The position numbers and the translations under genes were made by a program. DNA of 64,000 bases, taken from contig CAWJAX010000003.1 of the NCBI GenBank assembly GCA_963841015.1, positions 704,001-768,000 of the forward strand, read 5' to 3'. The notes under the pieces were generated by a model. It saw nothing but the letters and a program-made list of their open reading frames with translations, ran no database searches and was not told where the DNA came from. This stretch comes from an uncultured Methanoregulaceae archaeon. GTDB taxonomy: Archaea; Halobacteriota; Methanomicrobia; Methanomicrobiales; Methanospirillaceae. This document shows positions 1 to 10,157 of this stretch, piece after piece. Position 1 is the stretch's first letter. Every line of letters begins with the position of its first letter.

Positions 1-79
1 ATTGCCTCCTTACAGGATATGCATAAAAAAGATGATAAAAATATTTTTTTTATTCCGGCTGTTTTGCCAGATAACACAC

Positions 80-214
80 TTAACGGGCTTTCATCTCTTT
101 GATCGCAGCGCCACGCTCTTTAAAAAGAATACGGTGCCCGCAATAAGGGCAACGGACGTTAACGTCGATCTCAACTTTCTGCTTGCACCGTGCACATTTG
201 TACGTACTTGCCAT
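80..214 (-). CDS. rpoP: DNA-directed RNA polymerase subunit P (Rpo12), 44 aa, absent from the ORF track
   Basis: Manual translation [44 protein letters not shown]; CxxC..CPYCG zinc ribbon; canonical position after rpl37ae. Confidence 0.93.
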   Translation of the reverse strand: MASTYKCARCKQKVEIDVNVRCPYCGHRILFKERGAAIKEMKAR

Positions 215-228
215 ACTCTAATCCAAAT

Positions 229-522
229 TTATCCTTTGATCTGTTCGAGAGTCCGGTCGATTGCGCGCTGGGCGATCTTCATGGCAGGAGTTTGTGGTTG
301 GTATGCCCCACCGGCAAACTTGTAATTGCACTTGCGGCACTCCCAGATACCTGTGCCCCTGCGCTGAACCGACTCCATGTCACACTTCGGGCAGCGGTGG
401 AGGGATCCGGAAATTGCTTCAATATCTGCTACTCTCTTGCGTACAAATCTTCCGTACCGGCAGCCAAAACGTCCGGCACTACCTGTTACTTTTCCTTTTG
501 CTTTATGAGTCGAGCTTGCCAT
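229..522 (-). CDS. rpl37ae: 50S ribosomal protein L37Ae (eL43)
   Basis: GRFGCRYG, CPKC...GIWECRKC, AGGAY motifs. Confidence 0.97.
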   Translation of the reverse strand: MASSTHKAKGKVTGSAGRFGCRYGRFVRKRVADIEAISGSLHRCPKCDMESVQRRGTGIWECRKCNYKFAGGAYQPQTPAMKIAQRAIDRTLEQIKG

Positions 523-565
523 TATTCATACCCACCGATCTGTCTTCTTTTATTTGTCCTCGCAA

Positions 566-1270
566 TTAATATACTTGATTGAGGATTTTTACCTGACCTT
601 CTCCTTTTGAAAGTTTGTTAATAAGATCGTAGAATTCTCCCTGGATCCCCGCAGGGATGCGAACCACACAGACCCAGGATCCATCTTTTTGCCATTCGTC
701 CTTCTCCATCGTGGATCCGGCAGCGATATCCCCATAGGCTTTTGCAGCAAAATCAGCCGGGATTCGAATCGCAAGACGGAGTTCTTCGAAGCGGATTGGA
801 AGAAGCGGTCGCAACGCCTTGACCGTTTCTTTGACCTGTTCATCAAGATGTTTGAACGGATCGATGTTAACTCTCGCTTCTTCCATTGCCATCTCTATCC
901 GGTGCGGGGGGTGAGGGTGACCGGTCTGGGGGTTAATGGAGTTCCTTGCGATAAAGGTGATCACCTGCCTGCGCTTCTCCTCGATCATATGTTTGCGCTG
1001 TTCGGAAGTGAGATGGATCTCTCCCTTTACTATGATCCGTCGGGCAATCGTGTCAAAATCAGTGGTATGAAATACCTTTTCCAGCGATTCATCCGATGCC
1101 CGGGTTCCCCTGGAAGCATTGCCAAAGACGTTTAATGCAGCAACAACGTCTTCGATATCGATCTTCTGACCCTGCCTCACAAGTGCTGCCTGATTCGGAT
1201 CAACGAGAATTTCAAAGCGTTCTCCAAAACTCTCAAGGCGTGCTACCACTGCGTTATCGAGCGGTATCAT
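566..1270 (-). CDS. Ribosome maturation protein SBDS
   Basis: ERFEILVDP, NPQTGHPHPPHRIE motifs; exosome/proteasome superoperon context. Confidence 0.95.
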   Translation of the reverse strand: MIPLDNAVVARLESFGERFEILVDPNQAALVRQGQKIDIEDVVAALNVFGNASRGTRASDESLEKVFHTTDFDTIARRIIVKGEIHLTSEQRKHMIEEKRRQVITFIARNSINPQTGHPHPPHRIEMAMEEARVNIDPFKHLDEQVKETVKALRPLLPIRFEELRLAIRIPADFAAKAYGDIAAGSTMEKDEWQKDGSWVCVVRIPAGIQGEFYDLINKLSKGEGQVKILNQVY

Positions 1271-1276
1271 GGATGG

Positions 1277-1999
1277 TCACTGTTTGAATTGTCCGACAAA
1301 TGTAGCGACTTCTTCTTTGCTCATCTTCCGAAATACCGGGTTATCGCGTCCTATCACACCGATTTCGACGGTGTCTACATCGAATTTGCCCTCAGTGGCG
1401 GAATGAAGTGCCTTGAGGCCGAGGAGGATTACATCCTTAATCTCCGATTCAGGATTGTATTCTTCCTCGAAAACCTTCATTGCTGCGGGGCGTCCGATGC
1501 CGATACCCGTTGCTTTGTATTCCAGAAGGGTTCCGGAAGGATCGGTTTCAAAAAGACGACATTCGCCATCACTCACACCTGCAATCAGCAAGGCTGTCCC
1601 GTACGGGCGTATGCCGCCGTACTGGGTGAGTGTCTGCATGTGGTCACAAAGTCTTTTTGCGAGAGCTTCGACTTCTATGGGTTCATCGTAGGAAACACGA
1701 TTTATCTGGCATTCGATCCGGGCTCGGTCTACAAGCGACCGCGCATCTCCGACCAGTCCGGATGACGCGACTCCGATATGTTCATCAATTTTAAAAATTT
1801 TTTCGATAGATGATGCTTCAAGGAGCTTCGAGCTCACGCGTTTATCGACTATCAGGACGACACCGTCTTTTGCCTTGATACCGACCGCAGTTGTACCGCG
1901 CTTTACAGCCTCACGGGCGTATTCCACCTGGTATAGCCGGCCATCGGGAGAAAAGACCGTAATCGCCCTGTCGTATCCCATCTGATATTGTGGTTGCAT
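1277..1999 (-). CDS. psmA: Proteasome alpha subunit
   Basis: GYDRAITVFSPDGRLYQVEYA signature. Confidence 0.98.
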   Translation of the reverse strand: MQPQYQMGYDRAITVFSPDGRLYQVEYAREAVKRGTTAVGIKAKDGVVLIVDKRVSSKLLEASSIEKIFKIDEHIGVASSGLVGDARSLVDRARIECQINRVSYDEPIEVEALAKRLCDHMQTLTQYGGIRPYGTALLIAGVSDGECRLFETDPSGTLLEYKATGIGIGRPAAMKVFEEEYNPESEIKDVILLGLKALHSATEGKFDVDTVEIGVIGRDNPVFRKMSKEEVATFVGQFKQ

Positions 2000-2493
2000 T
2001 ATAATTCCTCCAGATCCTCTCTTGTCAAGAACAATCGGTTTGTATTTTTAAATCCCTTTTCAATTACATCAATCTTCTGACCGTTACACTGATCAATCTG
2101 AAACAATTTTTTATCAAACATGCATTCGCGCGAAGATATTTCTTCTGGATCGGATTTTTTTTCTTTTCGAATTTTTTCACGCAGGGTGTCGATTGTTCCC
2201 GAAGCAGCAACCATTCGCAGAGCAATACGGCTATCGCAGCAGGTTGTAATCGAGGAGAGGGCGACTGAGAGATCCTGCTCTGTTCCCCGCAGGCACCGGA
2301 GGATCATATACTGGCCTTCCGAAGCGACCACTGCTGACATAATGACCGCAGCCACCACATCGCCCCAGAGTGAAGTTGTAGCCTCAGATACCGCATAATA
2401 CAGATCCTTTTGGTCAATGATTGTGCCCGCGGGTTCGACTAGGACTAAAAGGTACCGGCGCTTCTCTCGCAATGTGGGGGGGCGGACACTCAT
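1999..2493 (-). CDS. rnp2: RNase P protein component 2 (Pop5/Rpp14)
   Basis: PPTLREKRRY N-terminus, SGTI motif; operon position. Confidence 0.9.
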   Translation of the reverse strand: MSVRPPTLREKRRYLLVLVEPAGTIIDQKDLYYAVSEATTSLWGDVVAAVIMSAVVASEGQYMILRCLRGTEQDLSVALSSITTCCDSRIALRMVAASGTIDTLREKIRKEKKSDPEEISSRECMFDKKLFQIDQCNGQKIDVIEKGFKNTNRLFLTREDLEEL

Positions 2494-3134
2494 AGAATCA
2501 CCTTAACTGCTGGATTGGGAGGAGTGGTGATGATATCTACACCAAAAAAAGCCCTTTCAACATCGGGAATATCCATACCGATGAGAGAACACAGTCCTGC
2601 AATCTCCCGGACTGCACGCATATCAAGAATAGAGCGGGCATGTGATGAGATGGTCAGAGGAAATTCATACCGTCGCTGAAGTACCAGGATATCACGATAC
2701 CGGTGAATGACGCGCTGACGTGTAAAACCCCGGCCTGAAATGAGGGGAGACAGATCAAGATCAATAGCAACACGGTTATCAGCTGCGATCTTGGCGGCCA
2801 CATGATCGAACGCATTTTTATCTGCTGAATGAAGACCTCTGAGAATATGAACCCCCTTGTGATTCAGCACAGACCGGTTGAACCCGTTATCCCTGGACTG
2901 AACTGATACAACTACTGTATTATTTCTCTCACGTTTTATTCGGCTTGAAAGATCTTTTACCGAAGTGTCCCGGATAAGGATTCCTGAAAATATTTCAACT
3001 CCATACATCTCGCCAGAGGGCGTGTCAGCGGCAACAAGACGGTCAAGGCCCAGACCTTTCGCTTCCAGCGCCATCCTGCGTACCGATGAGTCCCCACAGG
3101 GGTAAGGATAGACACAGGCATCGGTGATCTTCAT
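2490..3134 (-). CDS. rnp3: RNase P protein component 3 (Rpp30)
   Basis: PHP-like fold, FDHVAAK, SSHARS.LDMR; operon position. Confidence 0.88.
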   Translation of the reverse strand: MKITDACVYPYPCGDSSVRRMALEAKGLGLDRLVAADTPSGEMYGVEIFSGILIRDTSVKDLSSRIKRERNNTVVVSVQSRDNGFNRSVLNHKGVHILRGLHSADKNAFDHVAAKIAADNRVAIDLDLSPLISGRGFTRQRVIHRYRDILVLQRRYEFPLTISSHARSILDMRAVREIAGLCSLIGMDIPDVERAFFGVDIITTPPNPAVKVIL

Positions 3135-3166
3135 GAAAGTAAACTTTGAGTAAAAAGAGGATAAGG

Positions 3167-3757
3167 TTATTTCCCCTGGTTTGCATGGGAACGGATGCTT
3201 GGGCGTGTCTTTTCTGTACCCTTGCCCCGGGTACTCATACCCCGCCCCTTGCGCCCGGCAGAGGTCTTGCCACGCTCAGCCCGGCCACGGTGTGTTGAGT
3301 TTGCCAGCCATGCAAGGTTTTTGTCAACCTGGATTGAAGGGTGGTGACCGTCAACGAGAATTACCTCGTAATATTTAAGCTTGCCATCCTGCCCGACCCA
3401 GTAGGAGTTAAGTACTTCCATATTAGGAAATCTCTTAGAAGCGCGCTCCTCGGCAATCCGCTGGATGCTCTTTCCTGCAGTAGAGCGGTTCTTGCCCATA
3501 CGTGCCGAACGGCGTGCACGTACATACCTGGATACTCTGCGACCACCGCGGCGTACCTGCACACGTGCAACAGCTATTCCCTGTTTTGCTTTATAGCCAA
3601 GGGAACGCGCGCGGTCAATACGGGTGGGGCGTTCGAGCCGGACAACGCTGCCTTCACGGCGCCATTCCTGCATGCGGTTCCAGAGGAGTTCTTTCACTCC
3701 ACTCTTTGCGGGTACTTTCCATGCCTCCCTGACGAAGGCGTACATCGATTTTACCAT
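3167..3757 (-). CDS. rpl15e: 50S ribosomal protein L15e
   Basis: [24 protein letters not shown] motifs. Confidence 0.98.
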   Translation of the reverse strand: MVKSMYAFVREAWKVPAKSGVKELLWNRMQEWRREGSVVRLERPTRIDRARSLGYKAKQGIAVARVQVRRGGRRVSRYVRARRSARMGKNRSTAGKSIQRIAEERASKRFPNMEVLNSYWVGQDGKLKYYEVILVDGHHPSIQVDKNLAWLANSTHRGRAERGKTSAGRKGRGMSTRGKGTEKTRPSIRSHANQGK

Positions 3758-3826
3758 GTTGATCTCCTAAGGTTCGGCTCACGTGGAGCTGACATTCCTT
3801 TCAACGGGACGGATCCCGTATTCCCA
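3758..3826 (-). promoter_or_regulatory. Structured 5' leader of rpl15e (candidate eL15 autoregulatory leader) downstream of a TATA box
   Basis: Minus strand: TTTAATA TATA box, then hairpins ACGGGA-TCCG-TCCCGT and GCTC-CACGT-GAGC, then AGGAG SD and ATG. Confidence 0.6.
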
Positions 3827-3888
3827 CATACTTTAACCCGAGGGCTATTAAAGTACTCCGGCTCCTGCTCATCAAGAGGATTTGATAA

Positions 3889-4357
3889 TCAGGTACCCTT
3901 GCGCTTCTCAATAACCCGGATATCCTGAATACACGTAACCGGATATTGACCATCAGCATCTTTTTCTGCTGACTTTACCATATCCCAGACCGTAAGCAAT
4001 GCAACGGAAACCCCGACAAGCGCCTCCATTTCCACACCCGTCTTTCCCGCGGATTTCACTCGCACCATTACTTCAATGAACCCTTCACCTTCATCAAATT
4101 CAACGACAATCGAACTTATTGGAATCGAATGGCACATGGGGATAAGGGCAGGCGTGTTTTTGACCGAGAGCGTTGCTGCAACACGTGCGGTAGAAAGAAC
4201 ATTACCTTTCACGACAGTTCCGTGCCGGATCGCATCCATTGTCTCTGGTTTTAAGAAAATTTTTCCGACAGCCTGCTGCTTCGCGGATAACATCATTTTT
4301 TGCACTTATATCTACCATCTGTGCCCGTTCATTCTGGATATGCGAAAACTCAACCAT
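3889..4357 (-). CDS. moaC: Cyclic pyranopterin monophosphate synthase MoaC (one +1 frameshift near 4272, probably an assembly error)
   Basis: N-terminal frame MVEFSHIQNERAQMVDISAK joins LIPMCH...TGVEMEAL...WDMVK after removing one G. Confidence 0.9.
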
Positions 4358-5768
4358 TCACACCATTCCTGAATAATTCTGCCGGAATCCGGTCTACGAG
4401 ATCAGACGCAAGCATACCCTCACCCCGCTCTGCTGCAACAATCTCTCCGGCCCTGCCATTAACATACGCAGCAATACACCCCGCATCAAAAGCGGGCAGG
4501 TGACAGAGAAGTGCACCGGCGACTCCTGCGAGCACATCGCCTGTACCACCCACCGTCATTGCCGGATCACCGGTGCGGTTGAACCGGACCCGATTCCCGT
4601 CAGTTATTATATCGATGCATCCTTTGAGAAGTACCTGTACCCTTTATCCCGGAACCCTTTGCAGCCAATGCACGTTCGTTTGTATCGTCAGAAAGTTTGA
4701 TTCCGGTGATTCGGGTGAACTCTCCCGCATGCGGAGTATAGAGGGTCTCATTCTTTGCAACCGGCAACGGAAGCCGTAGAGCATCCGCATCAATCACTGC
4801 CTTTTTGCAGTGGGGTGCGACGGCTCGAATTACTTCATGACTCACGGTACCCAGCCCGTTCCCGCAGATGACTGCATCAGCATGTCTGGCAAGAACAATC
4901 AGCTGTTCGATATGGTTCTCTCCTATCCGCTCTCCATCCAGTCGTTCATAGATCAAATCGGGAAGAGGCTCAAAGACAGGGGATGCGATCCGTACGATAT
5001 CCGCACCCGCCCGCAACGCACCAAGCCCGGCCAGATAGGGGGCACCCTGATACGGTCCGCCACCGATAACCAGTACTTCCCCCCGGCCCCTTTGTGTGCC
5101 TTACGTCCCCTGGCAGGAATAAGGGTGAGTTCCCCGGGACCAACACAGCACTCCGCTTCAAGGGGTATGCCAATATCAACGACCGTAGATCCTTGAACCT
5201 TAGCCCGGTGGAATGCGCAGATCCGTTCCGCCCGCATTCCCGGAGTGGGAACATCCGCAGCGATGATCTGCGCAGTGGACACATTTGCCATTTTGACGCA
5301 GGTAGAAAGTGGCTCTTTTAAGGAACCGGTTGCACCAATACCAAGCAGTGCATCAATAATCACCTCAGCATGCTCAAACAGGGAACACATTGCCACAAGA
5401 TCATCACGGCATTGGAAGGGGTGAAGGTTAACATGACAGCGTTTTAACACTGCGAGTTGGTGTTCACAGGCACCGCTTCTCTTTCCGGAATCGAGATAGC
5501 AGACATCTGTCCTGACTCCCCGCTGGAGATGACGGGCGGCCACCATACCGTCACCACCATTATTGCCTTTACCGCAAAGGATGAGAACCCGGTTAGGGCT
5601 GAGAGCAAGTGCCATATCAGCAAGTGCATACCCCGCACTCTCCATCAACTGGAGCTCGGTAACACCCATTGCTATCGCATTTACATCAACTGCACGCATT
5701 CTGGCAGGACTGATGATCCCCGTTTCCAGGAACCCTTCTATTCGTTCGGGTAGCATTCTAGAGCACAC
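4350..5768 (-). CDS. nnr: Bifunctional NAD(P)H-hydrate epimerase/dehydratase (YjeF/Nnr), split by two frameshifts (~5080, ~4635)
   Basis: LMESAG, CGKGNNGGDG, HKG, DADAL, TPHAGEF, GGTGDVLAG motifs spread over three ORFs. Confidence 0.9.
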
Positions 5769-5800
5769 TTCATGTGTATGAACTCCCTAAATATTAGGCA

Positions 5801-7201
5801 ATGGGTTTTAGTGATGATGTCAAAGCAGCTGCAGAACAGATCGCGGCAGCACCGGAAGTAACCATTATCTCCCACATCGATGCGGATGGGATCGCGTGTG
5901 AGGCAATCCTTTCTCAGGCAATCTCCCGACAGGGGATACGTGTCAGGTCCGTTTTTGTCCGTCAGCTTGAACCATTAACTATGCCTCAGGTCCCTGCTGA
6001 CGCATCACTCAAAGTCTTCACCGATCTTGGTGCAGGACAACAAAATCTTCTTTTTGATCGGGGATTAAAGGAAAAAGAAGTCGTGATCATCGACCACCAT
6101 GTGAGTCAGCCATGTGAACGGCAATACACTCAGGTGAATTGCCTGCCTTACGGTCATTCGCGAATGAGTGCCGCAGGCGTCTCTTATTTTGTAGCAAAAC
6201 AGCTGGACACGATAAACATTGATCTCGCGAAGCTCGCTGTCATTGGTAATGTCGGGGATATGATGGCACGGGAAAAATGCGGACTGGTTGGTCCCGCACG
6301 TGACATAATAGTTGAAGATGGTATGCGGCACCAGTCGGTAGAAGTACGGAAAAAGGATCTCAACTGCTACGGCACCGCAACACGCCCGCTGCACCTCTCG
6401 CTTGCGTATAATGATGACCCTTTCATTAAAGGGATCAGCAACAATGTGGAGGGGGCACGGCAGTTCTTAAAACGTCTCGGGATCCGGCAACAGAATGAAA
6501 ACGGACGTTGGTTTGTGTGGGAAGAGATCCCGGTGGAGGATAAAAGGACGATCATCTCCGCACTTGCCGAACAATTAATCGCCAATGGAGAGTCGGTCGA
6601 CCGGCTCCTTGCAGAAACATATGGGTTCCCTGGTGAAATCCCCAGGACTCCGCTGCGGAATGCACAGGAATACGCAACAATGCTCAATGCCTGTGGACGA
6701 TGGTCAAAACCTCATGTTGGCGGTGCAATTCTCCGCGGGGATCGTGGTGTCGCGTACCGTGATGCCGAACATATGCTCAACAACCACCGGGCAATTATCC
6801 GCAACCTGCTCCAGTATATTATTGATACCGGGGTTAAAGAGCTGGAAAACCTGCAATGGATCCACGTTGGCGGGCGGTATCCCGATACGATTGTGGGCAT
6901 AGGTGCCGGTATGGCGCTCTCGAAACTCAACAGCACAAAACCCATTCTGGTAATGTGTGAAGTGCCCGAGGATACGAATCTGACGAAAGTTTCAATGAGG
7001 ACAAATGAAAGGGTAGTAGAGAAGGGTGTCGATCTCCAGCAGGCTCTCAGTGACGCATCTGCAGAATATGGGGGAGGCGGAGGCGGGCACAAGATCGCGG
7101 CGGGGGCATATATCCCCAAAACAGCGGAAAAGGAGTTTGTGAATCGTGTCAACCGGATACTCGGAGAACAGTTCGCTGCGGCGAGTCCAGACAATTGCTG
7201 A
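5801..7201 (+). CDS. RecJ-like DHH/DHHA1 phosphoesterase
   Basis: SHIDADG, IIDHH, GGGGHKIAAG motifs. Confidence 0.92.
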   Translation: MGFSDDVKAAAEQIAAAPEVTIISHIDADGIACEAILSQAISRQGIRVRSVFVRQLEPLTMPQVPADASLKVFTDLGAGQQNLLFDRGLKEKEVVIIDHHVSQPCERQYTQVNCLPYGHSRMSAAGVSYFVAKQLDTINIDLAKLAVIGNVGDMMAREKCGLVGPARDIIVEDGMRHQSVEVRKKDLNCYGTATRPLHLSLAYNDDPFIKGISNNVEGARQFLKRLGIRQQNENGRWFVWEEIPVEDKRTIISALAEQLIANGESVDRLLAETYGFPGEIPRTPLRNAQEYATMLNACGRWSKPHVGGAILRGDRGVAYRDAEHMLNNHRAIIRNLLQYIIDTGVKELENLQWIHVGGRYPDTIVGIGAGMALSKLNSTKPILVMCEVPEDTNLTKVSMRTNERVVEKGVDLQQALSDASAEYGGGGGGHKIAAGAYIPKTAEKEFVNRVNRILGEQFAAASPDNC

Positions 7202-7700
7202 TTACCAGTTCGGGAGAGGCGTAGGAATCGGGCTTTTTCCCGAAGATTGCACGTATATCTTCTCAACTACGGGAAGAATCCGCCAAATCCTTTTTGGGGG
7301 TGTCCGCCTTGCAACGGTTCGGGCTTCGGACGGCAGGTTGACACTCGGCATCGAAGGGGCAAAACGTCTCAGAACAATACTTCCGGCGCCAGGATACCGT
7401 GTGGTTATCCGTGATGATGTTACTGAGTTTGTGGCGCAAGGCAAGAATGCCTTTGCAAAACATGTTGTCGCGGCAGACCCGGCAATCCGCGCGGGGGATG
7501 ATGTACTCGTAGTTGCAGGAACTGACCGGTTGATAGCCTGTGGGTCTGCGGTGGTTTCAGGCACGGAGATGCTTGCATTTAATTATGGAGTAGCAGTAAG
7601 AGTACGGCAGGGTAGTGAGAAAAATGCTTCCGGGAAATATCAATCCACGCCAGATGAAGGCGATGATGAAGAAGCTCGGCATGCAGGTCGAGCAGATTGA
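7146..7700 (+). CDS. PUA-domain protein (archaeosine TGT C-terminal-like); the true stop is probably near 7620
   Basis: IADYQFG, STTGRIR, GKNAFAKHV, AVRVR motifs; the called C-terminus overlaps nac by 77 nt. Confidence 0.82.
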   Translation: MSTGYSENSSLRRVQTIADYQFGRGVGIGLFPEDCTYIFSTTGRIRQILFGGVRLATVRASDGRLTLGIEGAKRLRTILPAPGYRVVIRDDVTEFVAQGKNAFAKHVVAADPAIRAGDDVLVVAGTDRLIACGSAVVSGTEMLAFNYGVAVRVRQGSEKNASGKYQSTPDEGDDEEARHAGRAD

Positions 7701-7965
7701 AGACGTGCAGAGTATTGTCATCAAAACACCGAAGGGCAATTATATCTTTGATTCGGCCGAGGTTTCAGCGATGACCATGCAGGGAACCACAACATACCAG
7801 GTCGTCGGCGATATCCGGTTTGAACCAGCAGCACCCGATATCCTCAAAGAGGATATCACCATGGTGGCTGCCCAGGCAAATGTCTCTGAGGAGAAGGCAA
7901 AAGAGGCTCTGGTTGCAACAAAAGGCGATATCGCAGAAGCGATTATGCGCCTCTCCAGCTCATGA
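7624..7965 (+). CDS. nac: Nascent polypeptide-associated complex protein
   Basis: NPRQMKAMMKKLGM; C-terminal UBA-like GDIAEAI. Confidence 0.95.
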   Translation: MLPGNINPRQMKAMMKKLGMQVEQIEDVQSIVIKTPKGNYIFDSAEVSAMTMQGTTTYQVVGDIRFEPAAPDILKEDITMVAAQANVSEEKAKEALVATKGDIAEAIMRLSSS

Positions 7966-8687
7966 TCGAATCAGGCGATCGTGTACTTCTCATTGGCGAA
8001 GGCAGGGAATTTTTTGTCAAAGCCGGACCGGGGATGCTCTCAACAGATAAAGGGCAGCTTGATCTGGCATCGCTGGTTGGGGGTGTCGCAGGGGATATTC
8101 TGACCACCCATAACGGTTCGAAGTTCACTGTTCGCATACCCCGGCCCACCGACTTTTTCACCTATGGTAAACGGTCAGGTGCACCCATGCTGCCCAAGGA
8201 TATCGGTCTTGTGATTGCGTATACTGGCATGAATCATAACGATAACGTGCTCGATGCAGGTACGGGCAGCGGGATTGCAGCGATTTACTTTGGAGGAGTA
8301 GCAAAAACGGTCAAAACATATGAGGTACGTCCTGAGTTCTCTGCGCTTGCACAGAAAAACATCACTGAGGCCAAGCTGAAAAATGTTGAAGCGGTTGCTG
8401 CGGATTTCCTTGCTGCTGAGGGATTGTTTGAGGTTGTTCATCTCGATATGCAAATCCAGCCTGAACATATCGAACATGCATGCTCCCTCCTTTCCTCTGG
8501 AGGATATCTTGCGTGCTATACCCCTTTTTTAGAGCAGATGGCAATTGTAGTTGATGCGGCATCCGGGCAGTTTTCTGAGGTTCATACTCATGAGCTGATA
8601 GAGAGGGAGATGACCCGATCGAAGCGGGGGACACGGCCTTCCACGAGTGTTTGCCACTCTGGATATGTCACAATTGCACGGAAATAA
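7962..8687 (+). CDS. trmI: tRNA (adenine-57/58 N1)-methyltransferase TrmI-like
   Basis: PKDIG, VLDAGTGSG, TRP...HSGY motifs. Confidence 0.88.
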   Translation: MIESGDRVLLIGEGREFFVKAGPGMLSTDKGQLDLASLVGGVAGDILTTHNGSKFTVRIPRPTDFFTYGKRSGAPMLPKDIGLVIAYTGMNHNDNVLDAGTGSGIAAIYFGGVAKTVKTYEVRPEFSALAQKNITEAKLKNVEAVAADFLAAEGLFEVVHLDMQIQPEHIEHACSLLSSGGYLACYTPFLEQMAIVVDAASGQFSEVHTHELIEREMTRSKRGTRPSTSVCHSGYVTIARK

Positions 8688-8763
8688 AGGATTTTAATTG
8701 CTTTGGAACGAAAAATGTGAGTTCGTCAAAACGGCGATTCCAAATTCTTTAAAAAAAATCTTA

Positions 8764-9888
8764 TTAAGGAGATTTATTCTTTTTTTTATCTGAGGTGCTT
8801 TCCCATACCCGCATGTCTTTACCAAGATTCAACAGACCCGCAAAGAGATAAAACTGGTTTATAATAAACGCATAAACCAGATTTTGTCTCCAGGCTGCCC
8901 CTATCCCTGCGAAGAAACCTACGAACAACATGAGGAAAAGAGGATTTAACAGGAAAATCCCTATCGTGAAAAATATAATACCAACAAAAAAAAGGACAGG
9001 TGTACCGAGATATATGAAGATTCTCATGGGATAAAAAAAGCGCGAAAACGGGGTTTTTCCACCCAAAAGATCCAGGTTTGACAAGGTCGCTTCAATCAGG
9101 CCTGTTGCTCTTCGAGTCTTCTGCCGGTACTGTATTTTAAAACTCTTTGGAATATCCTCGTACACTATCGCTTCACTTTCATATACTGCCCGGTAGCCTT
9201 TGCGGATCGCTTCAAATGCAGTATTTGCATCATCAGCTCCACGCTTATCATTTATTCTCTTTATGAGATCGGACCGGAAAGCAACAAGGGCACCGTTAAA
9301 ATTGTAGGTTGAATCATGTGCGCTTTCCCATTCACACATACGACCATAAAAGGATCGATATACACCTTCCAGCATGGTGGTACTCTGAGAATTCATAAGC
9401 GGTCTGAGTTCTCCGGTTACCGCTGCAATTTTTTCATCACTCAAAAGACGCCCGATGAGACAGGTAAGAGCGTCAGGTTCAAAAAAAACATCAGCGTCCG
9501 TGGTTACAATAATGGGATACTGTGCTTTTGTAAGTGCGGAATTATACGACCTGTTTGTACCTAATCGTTCAGTATTTGCAATGAGGTGATAAGTAATTCC
9601 CGAACGTTCCAGATACAATTTCGCCAGATTTTTTGTATTGTCACTTGAGAGATCGTCAACAAAGATAATTTCCATACTCTCTTTTGGATAATCGCACTCT
9701 TGGATATTCGAAATTCTTTTTTCAATCACCAGTTCTTCATTATAAGCCGACATAACTATGCTGATAGCGGGATATTTCAGAGGCGGGATGATTTCGTCAC
9801 ATTTTCTGCCAAAATAAATACCCAATAAATAAATCATATAGGGAAACAGGGCGATAAACAAAAGCAGGACTGACAGAAAGAGAAGCAT
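8764..9888 (-). CDS. Family 2 glycosyltransferase, membrane-anchored
   Basis: SAYNEE, VDD.S.D, TDAD, QKTRRA motifs; N- and C-terminal hydrophobic segments. Confidence 0.9.
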   Translation of the reverse strand: MLLFLSVLLLFIALFPYMIYLLGIYFGRKCDEIIPPLKYPAISIVMSAYNEELVIEKRISNIQECDYPKESMEIIFVDDLSSDNTKNLAKLYLERSGITYHLIANTERLGTNRSYNSALTKAQYPIIVTTDADVFFEPDALTCLIGRLLSDEKIAAVTGELRPLMNSQSTTMLEGVYRSFYGRMCEWESAHDSTYNFNGALVAFRSDLIKRINDKRGADDANTAFEAIRKGYRAVYESEAIVYEDIPKSFKIQYRQKTRRATGLIEATLSNLDLLGGKTPFSRFFYPMRIFIYLGTPVLFFVGIIFFTIGIFLLNPLFLMLFVGFFAGIGAAWRQNLVYAFIINQFYLFAGLLNLGKDMRVWESTSDKKKNKSP

Positions 9889-10157
9889 TTGTTATACATT
9901 TTTCAAATTCCAATTAATATACTATCGTTTTGAAATTCAGGAACAAACTGATGAAAGAACATGTTAATGAGAAGGGCAAATCTGCATGTCTCAAAACTTC
10001 TTTTTGGAATTTTTTTAATTAATGAGGATTCACCCCTCATAAAAAAAGAGATGCTCCCTTGCGACTTTCAGAAGAAAAGGTGCGAAGAAGGTTACTCCTG
10101 TTAAAATGTAATTTTTTTAGATTGTAAACGAAAAGGAGTGATCAAAAAAAATGCCTG

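Noticed and set aside
7615-7700. C-terminal extension of the PUA protein overlapping nac
   Set aside because: The extension is simply the alternate frame of nac; likely a lost stop or indel
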